Assembly (NCBI GenBank): GCA_017610175.1
Contig: JAFCCO010000009.1
Location: 1 to 55,035 of the forward strand
Length of the DNA: 55,035 nt
Direction of reading: 5' to 3'
Source: Candidatus Iainarchaeum sp.
GTDB lineage: Archaea > Iainarchaeota > Iainarchaeia > Iainarchaeales > GCA-2688035
The notes under the pieces were generated by a model. The model did not search any database, was not told the DNA's origin, and saw nothing but the letters and a program-made list of their open reading frames with translations. Position 1 is the first letter of the stretch, and the number at the start of each line of letters is the position of its first letter. Positions 45,096 to 54,678 of the stretch are shown in pieces. The translations under genes were made by a program, and so were the position numbers.

Positions 45096-46264
45096 TTTAC
45101 CATGTCCAGAATCCTGTTTGCAATTTCTCGCTTGTGGCTCGGCCCGAAATGAATGCTTTTGCCACCCGCATTTACAACGTAAACCTCGTTTTTTTCAGAG
45201 CCGATTCCAATCCCCTTTCCGCATGCGTCGTTTGCAACAACCAAATCGGCTTTGGCATCTTTGAGTTTTGAAAATGCGCGTTCAACCAGTGTTTTCTTTG
45301 AAACATTGCACTCTGCCTTGAACCCCACAAGGAATACATTTGGATTGAGGCGCTTTATTTTTTCAAGAATCTTTTCGGTTGGGGTGAGCTTTAGGCTGAA
45401 TTCCTTTCCGCTTGCAATTTTTCCCGATTTCTTTTTTACGGTGTAATCCGAAACAGCCGCTGCGTGAATTATTATGTCTGCTTTCACATTTTTCTTAACC
45501 GCCTGAAGCATTTCACCTGCACTTCGAACTTTTACATCTTTGATTGCCGGGCTTGGCTCAATTGATGTGAGCCCCCTTACAAGTGTAACCTTTGCCCCAC
45601 GGGCTTGAGCCTGTTCTGCAATGTGAATTCCCATCTTTCCGCTGCTTCTGTTTGCAATGAATCTTACATCATCGATGTCCTCTGCGGTTCCGCCTGCGGT
45701 CACAAGAATTCTTTTCCCCATTAGGTCCTTTTTTGCAAGTGCGGAATCAATTAATTCAGCCAGCTCTTTTATTGCGGGAAACTTTGCCTTGTTTTCCGCA
45801 ATGTTTGGCTTTGCAACCACAACGTTGAATGACTCAAGCTTGGAAATGTTTTGCACAACGATTGGGTGCCGGTACATTGAAATGTGCATTGAAGGCACAA
45901 CCATTATTGGAATTTTGGAACCAAACGCGGTCGTGACAATTGTTGTTACCGGTGTGTCATCAATTCCTGCGGCAATTTTCCCGATTGTGTTTGCGGTGCA
46001 TGGCGCAACAACAACAAGGTCTGCTTTGTTGGGAACTTGTCCCGCAAGCTTTACGTGCTCTACTTTTCCGGTTATTTTTGTGACAACCTTGTTTTCGGAC
46101 GCCCACTCAAGCACGTCGGGGTGAATTATCTGCTTTGCGCTTTTCGACATCGCGCAGTAAACTTTTGCCCCGCGGCGCCTTAGCTCGCGAACAAGCTTGG
46201 GCGTTTCAATTGCCGCAACACTGCCGGTTACGCATACAACTATTCTCTTTCCTTTTAGGGCCAT
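45092..46264 (-). CDS. coaBC: Bifunctional PPC decarboxylase / PPC synthetase
   Basis: VTGSVAA, EHV.LA, APCTANTIGK.A.GIDD, PSMH..M, VTAGGT.E.ID.VRFIANRSSGKMG, AAAVSDY, VGFKAE. Confidence 0.96.
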   Translation of the reverse strand: MALKGKRIVVCVTGSVAAIETPKLVRELRRRGAKVYCAMSKSAKQIIHPDVLEWASENKVVTKITGKVEHVKLAGQVPNKADLVVVAPCTANTIGKIAAGIDDTPVTTIVTTAFGSKIPIMVVPSMHISMYRHPIVVQNISKLESFNVVVAKPNIAENKAKFPAIKELAELIDSALAKKDLMGKRILVTAGGTAEDIDDVRFIANRSSGKMGIHIAEQAQARGAKVTLVRGLTSIEPSPAIKDVKVRSAGEMLQAVKKNVKADIIIHAAAVSDYTVKKKSGKIASGKEFSLKLTPTEKILEKIKRLNPNVFLVGFKAECNVSKKTLVERAFSKLKDAKADLVVANDACGKGIGIGSEKNEVYVVNAGGKSIHFGPSHKREIANRILDMVK

Positions 46265-46336
46265 GATACAGAATAGCAGGGCACTATGGTTTAAATTCGT
46301 TTTGAAGGGAAGGGAAATTCGTCAAAAAGCGATAAT

Positions 46337-46759
46337 TTAGATGTTTTCGTTTTTTGCCTTCTGCCTTATTTCGTGCCTGTAAAGGAGGTTCTTTAGCTTC
46401 CTAACCTCTTCCTGCTCAAAAACAATGCTTTTCTCAACGTAACCCCTTGCAATTACCCCGAGCACATAGAGCACAAGACCCACTCCAAAAAGGGAGTAGA
46501 ATACGGTGAAAATCTTTGAGACGTCGGTTGTGGGTAAGAAATCCCCGTAGCCGATTGTTGTAAGTGTCATTGCACTAAAGTAGAATGAGTCAACATAAGT
46601 CCAGTTTTGGCCCTGCATCGGACCGTCCTTATAGGTTTCAAGGCCGCTGTAAATAAAGGTCCCCAGGATAATCATTATTCCGAGGAATATAACCGCAAAG
46701 CCAATTTTGACCTTTACCTCTTTTTCAGTTTCCTTGACAATTTCGGACTTATCAACCAT
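46337..46759 (-). CDS. Minimal 2-TM potassium channel
   Basis: TM1, W..VDSFYFS..TLTTIGYGD (selectivity filter), TM2; no RCK domain. Confidence 0.9.
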   Translation of the reverse strand: MVDKSEIVKETEKEVKVKIGFAVIFLGIMIILGTFIYSGLETYKDGPMQGQNWTYVDSFYFSAMTLTTIGYGDFLPTTDVSKIFTVFYSLFGVGLVLYVLGVIARGYVEKSIVFEQEEVRKLKNLLYRHEIRQKAKNENI

Positions 46760-46808
46760 GAAGAGAAAGAAAGCTTGAACTTGTTAATAAGTGTTTTGCA
46801 GGCGGAAA

Positions 46809-47555
46809 TTATTCCGATTCAATTCGGGGCGCAAGGAAATAGGTTATGTTTGCGGCACCGATTGCGTAAGAAATTTCAACAGGAGCGTTTGTTTTCAGCT
46901 TTACCGTTACCTCTGAGTCTGATGAAGGGCCTTTTAACATGTCCCGCAGGTAGTCGAGGGGAAACATGCTTGATGCCGGCTGTGAAGCGTTCAACTCCAA
47001 AAGATTTTTGTCGTCCTTCTTTGTTTCGTTATCCACTGAGCCCTTGCTGCTGCTTGCCCTTACAAAAAAGCTGTCTGATTCAACCCCAAGGGAAATGTGG
47101 GTGCTGATAAGTGCCGCGTCCTTAAATGCGTCCTGAAGAACGCCTGCCCTAAGCTTGACGGTGGCATCAAATTCAATTTTTGGGTTTGGAAGTTCTGCCG
47201 AGCTGATGTCAATCAATGGAACCTGGAATTTTCTGGTTGATGCGCCCTTGAACTGAACAAGAAGCCTGCTCTTGTCCTCGTTTAATTCTATGGACAGCAG
47301 GTCGTCGCTTTTTGCGCGCGACATTATTTGGTTAAGGTAATCCAAATCCATTCCAAGCTTCATCTTGCTGTCAATGGTGTATTCCTTGAACGCTGACTTC
47401 TCCATTTTGAAGTCAACCATTGAAATCTGGCTTGGGTCTGTTGCCTTGAGAAGAAGTGCGTTTTCATCGAGGGTAAATTCTGCCTCGTCAATCAGGACAC
47501 TTATTGCTGAAATGCTTTTCTGAAAATCCGCTGCCTTCTCCAAAACAATCTTCAA
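46809..47555 (-). CDS. pcn: PCNA sliding clamp, canonical paralogue
   Basis: ATDPSQISMVD, F.VPLID, SMFPLDYL, TYFLAPRIE. TTG 47555 after GAGGGG is the likely start. Confidence 0.94.
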   Translation of the reverse strand: MKIVLEKAADFQKSISAISVLIDEAEFTLDENALLLKATDPSQISMVDFKMEKSAFKEYTIDSKMKLGMDLDYLNQIMSRAKSDDLLSIELNEDKSRLLVQFKGASTRKFQVPLIDISSAELPNPKIEFDATVKLRAGVLQDAFKDAALISTHISLGVESDSFFVRASSSKGSVDNETKKDDKNLLELNASQPASSMFPLDYLRDMLKGPSSDSEVTVKLKTNAPVEISYAIGAANITYFLAPRIESE

Positions 47556-47615
47556 ATTAAACCCCTCAGATAAAACTGAAGTCAATTAAGTTTAAAATGC
47601 TATTCAAAAATCGGT

Positions 47616-48533
47616 TCAGCAAAGGGTTCGAAAGTCTTTGGGAAGGGAGCCGGTGGATGCAATGGATGAAAAGTTGTCAAAAAGCCACAGTTTTACACAG
47701 CCAATTGCGGGAATCTGGAAAAGGGCCTTTCCCTGAAGCTCTTCCTCTTTTATTGGGTAACGCATTATGCATGGCTTTTCAGGCCTGCCGTAAACAACGT
47801 TTCCGCAATCCTGGTCAAGGGTTGTGTTATTAACGCTGTCCCCTTTGGTGAGGAAATAGGTTCCATCGGCTGCGTTGATTTTTGCGGCTATGCGGTGAAT
47901 TATCGGGCCCTGCACATTGAACAGGTTCTGGCTTGAGTAGACAACTATGCTTCCCTCGGTTGTTATTGGGATTGTCTGGCCGTCGTTGAACTCGATTTTT
48001 TCAATCACCTTTCCGTTCGGGCCGTTTCCATAAACAGGCTTTGCAAATGCCGCAAACGGCTTGCCGTTAATCGGCTCGTTAAGCTGCACTTCAGGGCCCT
48101 GCGTACTCTCAAAGTTTGCAGCCTGCAGGATTATTACGTCCCCCCTGTGGTAAACCGGTTCCATTGAACCGCTTACAACAATTACCAGCGGGCTTGAGGT
48201 TCCAAGAAGAAATCCAAACGAACTGTAAATAAACCATGCGAAGAGAAATGCTGAAAGCATGTAAATGCCCCAATCAAGGGCTTCTTTTCTTTCAAAGAGA
48301 AAAAGATATGCGTAGAAAACGGTAAGTGCAACCATAAAAAATCCGGTTACACCAATTATAATGTAAACAAGGGCTGCAAGGGCAAGGTAGCTTGCCACAA
48401 AAACTGCGGTCTGCTTTTGTTCGCTTAGCTTATGCAGGCGCGGCAGGATCAGGAGATCAACATAGGTAAAGGGATCAGCCCACTTTAGTTTTTTTCGGAG
48501 TGCTGAAATTTTTTCCCTGAACATTGACATCAC
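47616..48533 (-). CDS. Signal peptidase I (S26B/Sec11-like) with extra N-terminal TMs and insertions
   Basis: PLVIVVSGSMEP, GDVI, PIIHRI, FLTKGD..N, IP.IG.VKL. Confidence 0.85.
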   Translation of the reverse strand: MMSMFREKISALRKKLKWADPFTYVDLLILPRLHKLSEQKQTAVFVASYLALAALVYIIIGVTGFFMVALTVFYAYLFLFERKEALDWGIYMLSAFLFAWFIYSSFGFLLGTSSPLVIVVSGSMEPVYHRGDVIILQAANFESTQGPEVQLNEPINGKPFAAFAKPVYGNGPNGKVIEKIEFNDGQTIPITTEGSIVVYSSQNLFNVQGPIIHRIAAKINAADGTYFLTKGDSVNNTTLDQDCGNVVYGRPEKPCIMRYPIKEEELQGKALFQIPAIGCVKLWLFDNFSSIASTGSLPKDFRTLC

Positions 48534-48598
48534 GGGTGAACTTGAACAAGCCCCACGGCCTTAAAGCAAATATTGCCCTTCACCGCGGCACCGGCCAA

Positions 48599-48874
48599 TT
48601 ACTTAACTGTTTTCTTGACTTCTTTTTCGAAGTCTGCAAGTTCAGAGTTGATTTGCTTTAGTGCGTTTGCAAGCGCCTTCTTTGGGGTTTTGCCCTCGGT
48701 CTTTACAATAAATTCCGCCTGCTTATCATATGGGTGGTGTAGCTTGTATGCGGCAAACTTTACCTTGCTGTCTTTGAGAAGCGCACTTCTAAGGAGATTG
48801 GGAAAAGTATGCCTTTCACCCTTGATTATGAACTCAAGCCCGTCCTTGCTTTCGTTTATTATTTCAATTTCCAA
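48599..48874 (-). CDS. rpoL: RNA polymerase subunit L (Rpo11)
   Basis: GERHTFPNLLR..L...V.FAAY...HP. Confidence 0.93.
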   Translation of the reverse strand: MEIEIINESKDGLEFIIKGERHTFPNLLRSALLKDSKVKFAAYKLHHPYDKQAEFIVKTEGKTPKKALANALKQINSELADFEKEVKKTVK

Positions 48875-48899
48875 TTCAAACCCTCCGATTAAATTTTAT

Positions 48900-49475
48900 T
48901 TAAGCACCGTATTCAGTTGAAGCCTTTCTTTCCTCGTTTGAACCGCATTCCGTGCACTTAAAAGTTTCACCAAACTTTTCCAATGGAGCCCTGCAAACTG
49001 AACAAAATGCTTTCACAACCCCAAGGTCTGGCTCGTCTGTCTTCAAATCCATACAGTCTGCGTGAATTGCTGCAATCTTTGCCTTTACAATGTCACCAAC
49101 CTTAAAAAGTGCCCTGAGATTCTCAACGTAATCGCGGCTGACCATTCTGATGGGAATTGCAGCCCTTCCAAACGGCGAAACCCTTTTTTCCTTTGCATCG
49201 GGGTCTTTGAGCAAGGCCACAATAACACTGTTGTCCCTTACAAGAAAAACCTCGGCGTAAACAAGGTCTCCCCTGCGTGCGCTCTCAAGCACAAAAGGCT
49301 TTTGAACTGAGACCGTGTGCCTTGCTGTGTTTTCAACAACCTTTCCGATTGCCGCCGACCTGATGTCGCCGTTTTCCTCAAATGTGTCCTTTCCGGCTTC
49401 AAACTCTTCCTCTGTAGCTATGAAATCGCCGGGCAGAACCTTCTTTTCACTCTGTTTTTCCAAAAAAATCACCAA
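48900..49475 (-). CDS. csl4: Exosome RNA-binding protein Csl4
   Basis: VLPGD.I...EE, FKVGDIVKAK, LGVVKAFCSVC, C.ECG.NE.RK. Confidence 0.92.
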   Translation of the reverse strand: MVIFLEKQSEKKVLPGDFIATEEEFEAGKDTFEENGDIRSAAIGKVVENTARHTVSVQKPFVLESARRGDLVYAEVFLVRDNSVIVALLKDPDAKEKRVSPFGRAAIPIRMVSRDYVENLRALFKVGDIVKAKIAAIHADCMDLKTDEPDLGVVKAFCSVCRAPLEKFGETFKCTECGSNEERKASTEYGA

Positions 49476-49548
49476 AAAAGAATCGGTTTTTTATATTTGC
49501 TTTTATATATTCTTTCAACACTAAGTTATATAAATAAGGGTGTAAGGC

Positions 49549-50418
49549 ATGGTTTTGGAGGCAATTGTTTCAGGAAAGGAGTTAATGAAGCATCCTCTTG
49601 TAATGCTGTTCATTGCAATTCTTTTCAGCTCAACAGGAATGTGGCTTGCTTTCTTCACTTTCCCCGGAAGCAGCAGCATTTTGGGAATTGCATTTGTAAC
49701 AATTGCGCTTGTTCCCGTAATGCACTCAATTTTTGTGAGGGAGGAAGCCATTGAAGCTGAAACCGGGCACTGGACGCCGAACTTTATCCAAAGGCATTTT
49801 ACATTAATTAAAATTTATGCATGGTTCTTTATTGGGCTTATTATCTGTTACGCGTTCTGGTACGCAATTCTCCCTGTTGAAACAAGGTCTGTAGTTTTCA
49901 GCGAGCAGGAGGGAACCCTTGGAAGCATTGAAGCCCTTAAGTCAAGCATGACTGGAAATTTTACCCTTGCAAACAGCCCGTGCGCAAAAAACGAGGGCTG
50001 CTGGTTTAACCTGATTTTCTTCAACAACGCATTTGTAATGCTGTTGTCTGTTCTGTTCTCCTTTGTGTATGGGGCGGGCGCCGTATTCCTAATTGGGTGG
50101 AATGCTTCAGTAATCGGCGTTGTGATAGGGCGGGATGTTCTGCAAACAATGGCGGTTAACGGGAATTTCCTGCAGGCGTTTGGAACAGGGTTGTACAATG
50201 CGCTTGGCCTTTTGCCACACGGCCTTCCTGAATCAATTGGATACTTCTTCGGGGCGATTGCGGGCGGGATAATTGGTGTTGCCGTAATGAAGCGAAGCTA
50301 CAAGCCGCATGAGCTGAGAATAATCGGCAAGGATGCAATTGTAAGCATTGGAATTGCGCTTGTGCTCCTGTTTATTGGGGCATGGATTGAAGCAATGGTA
50401 ATAGTTCAGGCGCTTTAA
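49549..50418 (+). CDS. SpoIIM-like (DUF95) membrane protein
   Basis: IFFNN..V, WNASVIG, LLPHGLPE, GAWIE. Confidence 0.8.
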   Translation: MVLEAIVSGKELMKHPLVMLFIAILFSSTGMWLAFFTFPGSSSILGIAFVTIALVPVMHSIFVREEAIEAETGHWTPNFIQRHFTLIKIYAWFFIGLIICYAFWYAILPVETRSVVFSEQEGTLGSIEALKSSMTGNFTLANSPCAKNEGCWFNLIFFNNAFVMLLSVLFSFVYGAGAVFLIGWNASVIGVVIGRDVLQTMAVNGNFLQAFGTGLYNALGLLPHGLPESIGYFFGAIAGGIIGVAVMKRSYKPHELRIIGKDAIVSIGIALVLLFIGAWIEAMVIVQAL

Positions 50419-51389
50419 TCCTTTTCTTTCACTTCTCGGGAAATCTTTCTTTTTTCTGTTCGGCTAAGCATGCTGGTTATTGCGGGAGCATATTTCTTAA
50501 ATAATTCCTCCACATTGTTGGGCTGGCTTCCTGAAACACGCGCCCCAACCGCTTCGGCAAGCTTGCTTATTTCCATTGGGAAGATAATCTTTGTTGCCTT
50601 GCCCTGGCCAAGCTTTTCAAGCGCCCTAATGTAGTAGTATGCAAGTGCCTTGTCGCTTAGGTTGGCTGCTGCAGTCTTAACTGCTTCAATTTCCGCCATG
50701 TGGGCCTGAGCCCCCTCAATTCTCGCAAGCTTTCTCTGGATTGCGATCTTTTCCGCGTGCATTGAGTCAAGCACGGGTTTTGGAATGTCAACATCCTTGA
50801 AGTCAACGCTTACAATTTCAATGCCCCAATCCGACGCGATTTTGGAGGCCTCTATTTTGAGCTTTTCCTGCATCTTCCCAATGTTTGCAATTACATCGGA
50901 GAGCTCCATGCTTCCGACAACATCCCTGATTGAAGAGATTACATAAAGCTTGATTGCATCCTTGTAGTTCTCAATTTTCACAACGCTGTTGATTACGCAT
51001 TGCGGATGGTCCTTTACGCGCATGTAGATTACGCTGTCAACCTTCAGCTCAATGTTTCCCTTTGTGATAACATCCTGACGTGGCACATCCACGGTCTGGG
51101 TCCTTAAGTCAACGATTACAGGCTCCTCAATTCCTGGAACCATAAATGCCCAGCCTGGCCCCCCCACTCGGTTCACTTTCCCAAAGCGCATTATTACAAC
51201 GCGCTGGTAATCCTTAAGCTGCAGGAGAAAATCCCACTTCCACATCATCAGCACAAAAAGGCCCAGCACAACAAGCCACGGAAGGTTCTCAATAAATAGT
51301 GCGGAGTTTGACCACATGAACAAAATGGCCCCGAAAGCAAACGCTATTGCCACCAAAAAGAAGACATATTTTAAGTTTGCTGAAGCCAT
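50415..51389 (-). CDS. SPFH/stomatin-like (band 7) protein
   Basis: YQR.V..RFGK..R..GPG, VDLRTQTVDVP.QDVITK.N, RDVVGSM.L, WGI.I.SV. Confidence 0.92.
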   Translation of the reverse strand: MASANLKYVFFLVAIAFAFGAILFMWSNSALFIENLPWLVVLGLFVLMMWKWDFLLQLKDYQRVVIMRFGKVNRVGGPGWAFMVPGIEEPVIVDLRTQTVDVPRQDVITKGNIELKVDSVIYMRVKDHPQCVINSVVKIENYKDAIKLYVISSIRDVVGSMELSDVIANIGKMQEKLKIEASKIASDWGIEIVSVDFKDVDIPKPVLDSMHAEKIAIQRKLARIEGAQAHMAEIEAVKTAAANLSDKALAYYYIRALEKLGQGKATKIIFPMEISKLAEAVGARVSGSQPNNVEELFKKYAPAITSMLSRTEKRKISREVKEKD

Positions 51390-51477
51390 AATATTACACC
51401 GTTGTTACTAACCTTTAAATATAATGAATTAGAATATTACTTTATATATAAAAGTATGTTATTTGGACTTGTTTGGA

Positions 51478-52704
51478 ATGGCTAACTTGGGAAAATTGCT
51501 TGTAGTGTGCGTTGACCGCGATAACGATTTGGGAAAAAAGACCGGCATAAACGGGCCCGTTGTTGGCAGAAAAAATGTGCTTGAGGCGGCAACTTCCCTT
51601 GCGATTGCGGACCCAGGGGAAACGGATGCAAACTGCATGTTTGCGGCTGTAAAAAAACTTGATGAATTAAAGGCCGAGAAGATTGATACGGAAGTTGCGG
51701 CATTGACCGGGTGGGGAAAGCTTGGATTTAAGAGTGACCGCATAATTAACGAACAGCTTGACGCGGTCCTGAAAAAATTCAGCGCAGACGGTTTTGTGCT
51801 TGTAACGGATGGGGCGGAGGACGACCAGATAATTCCAATTCTGCAGGGCAGGGCAAGAATTGTAAGCAAGGAAACAGTAATTGTAAAGCAGGCCCAGGAG
51901 TTTGAGTCCGCATTTTTCACAATCAAGGAAGTTTTAAAGGATCCCTCGGTTAGCAGAACAGTGTTTGGGATTCCTGCAATAATTCTTTTGCTTTACGTTG
52001 CACTTGGAAGCCTTTCATTCCAGATAATTGCATTCATCTTTGGATTCTACCTTTTGATGAAAGGGTTTGGAGTGGAGGCACGGGTACTTCGCGCATTCAA
52101 CAGCGTTACAGAAAGCATCTCCGTGCAAAGGACTTCTTTCCCGTTCTATGTGGGGAGTTTGTTCATAATTGCGTTTGGATTGATTACGGCATACAACAAG
52201 TACACTACCACCGTCATTACAGACCCGATAATTGATGCTGTGAGCATTGCACAACCAACCTATCTGTTCATTGTTCTTGCGGCACTCAGCGTTGCAATCG
52301 GGCGAAGCATTGACCTAATACACTTCAAGAAGGCTTACATGCTCAGAAAGTACCTGCTTACAAGCGTGTCGATTATTCTGCTCTGGTTTATCCTGGATGC
52401 GGGAACACTTGTGCTACTAAGGCAGGCTGACCTAAACTGGTTCCTCACAAGCATAATCGCATCCTTTGCATTGATTCTTGTGGCATTCAAGCTAAGTGAA
52501 CTAATGAACATAAAAAAGCGGGTCACAACATTGCTTATTGGCCTGCCGATTTACAGCAGGGAAGGAATTCTTTTGGGCCGGGTTGAGGCAATCAACAAAA
52601 AAAAGAAATCCATCCTCTATCTTAATGCGACAACCAACAAGAAGCTTGAGTTATTTAGGGCACAGTTCAGGTTGAAGAGTGGAAAGCTTGTTTACACGGC
52701 TTAA
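51478..52704 (+). CDS. DUF373-family membrane protein with a C-terminal PRC-barrel-like tail
   Basis: [35 protein letters not shown]; tail [16 protein letters not shown]. Confidence 0.82.
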   Translation: MANLGKLLVVCVDRDNDLGKKTGINGPVVGRKNVLEAATSLAIADPGETDANCMFAAVKKLDELKAEKIDTEVAALTGWGKLGFKSDRIINEQLDAVLKKFSADGFVLVTDGAEDDQIIPILQGRARIVSKETVIVKQAQEFESAFFTIKEVLKDPSVSRTVFGIPAIILLLYVALGSLSFQIIAFIFGFYLLMKGFGVEARVLRAFNSVTESISVQRTSFPFYVGSLFIIAFGLITAYNKYTTTVITDPIIDAVSIAQPTYLFIVLAALSVAIGRSIDLIHFKKAYMLRKYLLTSVSIILLWFILDAGTLVLLRQADLNWFLTSIIASFALILVAFKLSELMNIKKRVTTLLIGLPIYSREGILLGRVEAINKKKKSILYLNATTNKKLELFRAQFRLKSGKLVYTA

Positions 52705-54614
52705 GCTGTTGCCTTTGAAGCCGGCTTTGAAAGCGACGGCGAAATCTTAATTATCTTTGCAAGAGAAGTTAGAAGCCTTGCCTTTTTCTTGGATGGAATA
52801 AATGCCTGCTGAAGAACGTCCTTAAGGGATATAACAGGAATAATCTTGATTTTTGAAAGGTCTCCTTTTGAAAGCACAACATCCTGCAGGTTGGCCTTCG
52901 GAAGTATGACCTCTGTGAATCCCGCCTTAATTGCGGCCTGTACCTTCGAGGTTATTCCCCCGACAGGCAGAACCTCGCCGCGAACGGAGAGCGAGCCTGT
53001 CATCGCAAGGCCCTGGTTTACAGGAACCTGTTCAAGCGCGGAAATTACCGCTGTTGCAACACTTACGGATGCGGAGTCCCCTTCAACACCCTCATATGTT
53101 TGCAGGAACTGGATGTGCAAATCGTGCTTGCTAATATCTTTTCCACTAAGCATTTTGATGAGTGCGGAAACGTTTTGCACTGCCTCCTTTGCAATCTCCC
53201 CAAGCTTCCCTGTTGCAATAAGCTTGCCCTCAGAGCGTGAAGCCGCCGGGGCAACCTCTGCCTCAATTGGAAGAACCAATCCCGCCGAGCCCTCGGTAAG
53301 AACCGCAAGGCCGTTAACGCGCCCAATTGCGGAACCGTGTGTAAGGTAAACGTCGTAATCTTTTTTCATCTCAAGAATCTTGTCGGTCATCTGCTGTTCA
53401 AGCGTGCGGGCGGCAAACTTTGCCTGGTAAATGTCATCAGCCTGCACAAGCTTGTGGTTCTTTTCTATTGCAATGTCCCCCGCAGCCCTAAGCAGGCCAC
53501 CCAGGTCACGGAGCTTAAGGGTTAGCTTGTTTTTGCGACCTGCTCGCCTCTTTGCCTCAAGCACAATCTGCTCTGCCGCCTTGCTTGAAAAATGCGGAAT
53601 CTTTCCGTCCTTCTTAACCTCTTGTGCAATAAACTGCACAATCATTTTGCGGTTTGCCTCTGTGTCAGGCATGTCAACGTTCATATAAATTTCGTAACCG
53701 TAGCCGCGTATCCTGCTTCTAAGCGCGGGGTGAACTTTCTTAAGATCCTCATAATTCCCCGCGGCAACAAGAACAAAGTCGCATGGAACAGGCTCAGTGC
53801 GGGTCATTGCACCGCTTGAGAGCTCGCTTTGCCCGGTAATGCTGTACTTTTTGTCCTGCATTGCGGTGAGAAGTTCCTGCTGTGCCTTTTCAGAGAGTGT
53901 TGCTATTTCATCCAGGAAAAGAACCCCTCCGGAGGCGCGGTGAATCATTCCGGGCTCAACACGCAGGTGTGCGGGAGTTCCCAAGCCGCCTGACTGCAGC
54001 GGATCGTGCCTTACATCCCCAAGCAAAGAGCCTGAACGTGCGCCGGTTGCTTCAAAGAATGGCGCAATCTTTTTTGTTGCATTGTTTATGAGAAGCTTTG
54101 GTGTTTTTGCCGTTTCACGTGAACGCATCTGTGTTCCCAAAGCAAAGCCAACAAGGATGAATCCACCCAACACAATCATTGCGGCATAAACCACATCCGG
54201 AACCCAACCCATAAACCACACAATAAATGAGAAAAGGAACCAACCCAAAGGAAGCAGCATTCCAAGAAGACGTGAGTTGTCCTCTGTCTTCTGGGCTTCA
54301 AGGCGCTGCTTCTGCAAAACCCTTCGTCCTTCCCCTGCCTTTAACACACGAACCTTTGGATTGTTTGAATCCTCCGGGTTTGGATAAATTAAAACATCGT
54401 TGAGCTTTCCAACGGGAAGAATTTCAGCCATTGCCTGGGCAAGCATGCTCTTTCCGGTTCCCGGCAAGCCAACAAGCAAAACGTTTCTTTTCTGCGCGGC
54501 AGCCTTTTTGATGAGTTCAACACTCCTGTCCTGCCCCACAACCTGGTCAATCATTCGCGGGGAAACATGCATTTCAGATGTTGAATTTGACTCGCGCAAA
54601 GGTCTCTTAGGCAT
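52701..54614 (-). CDS. lonB: Archaeal membrane-bound ATP-dependent protease LonB
   Basis: Walker [11 protein letters not shown] insertion, [15 protein letters not shown], Walker B LFLDE, catalytic GDSAS and GGITSK. Confidence 0.96.
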   Translation of the reverse strand: MPKRPLRESNSTSEMHVSPRMIDQVVGQDRSVELIKKAAAQKRNVLLVGLPGTGKSMLAQAMAEILPVGKLNDVLIYPNPEDSNNPKVRVLKAGEGRRVLQKQRLEAQKTEDNSRLLGMLLPLGWFLFSFIVWFMGWVPDVVYAAMIVLGGFILVGFALGTQMRSRETAKTPKLLINNATKKIAPFFEATGARSGSLLGDVRHDPLQSGGLGTPAHLRVEPGMIHRASGGVLFLDEIATLSEKAQQELLTAMQDKKYSITGQSELSSGAMTRTEPVPCDFVLVAAGNYEDLKKVHPALRSRIRGYGYEIYMNVDMPDTEANRKMIVQFIAQEVKKDGKIPHFSSKAAEQIVLEAKRRAGRKNKLTLKLRDLGGLLRAAGDIAIEKNHKLVQADDIYQAKFAARTLEQQMTDKILEMKKDYDVYLTHGSAIGRVNGLAVLTEGSAGLVLPIEAEVAPAASRSEGKLIATGKLGEIAKEAVQNVSALIKMLSGKDISKHDLHIQFLQTYEGVEGDSASVSVATAVISALEQVPVNQGLAMTGSLSVRGEVLPVGGITSKVQAAIKAGFTEVILPKANLQDVVLSKGDLSKIKIIPVISLKDVLQQAFIPSKKKARLLTSLAKIIKISPSLSKPASKATA

Positions 54615-54678
54615 ATTATCTATTAATGCTCAAAGGGTTAAAAAAGGTAAGCGAATACATTAGTGAAAAGCTTCAATC

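Noticed and set aside
52701-54614. Intein or inactivation in LonB (also checked Top6B)
   Set aside because: Lengths are normal and the catalytic motifs are intact.
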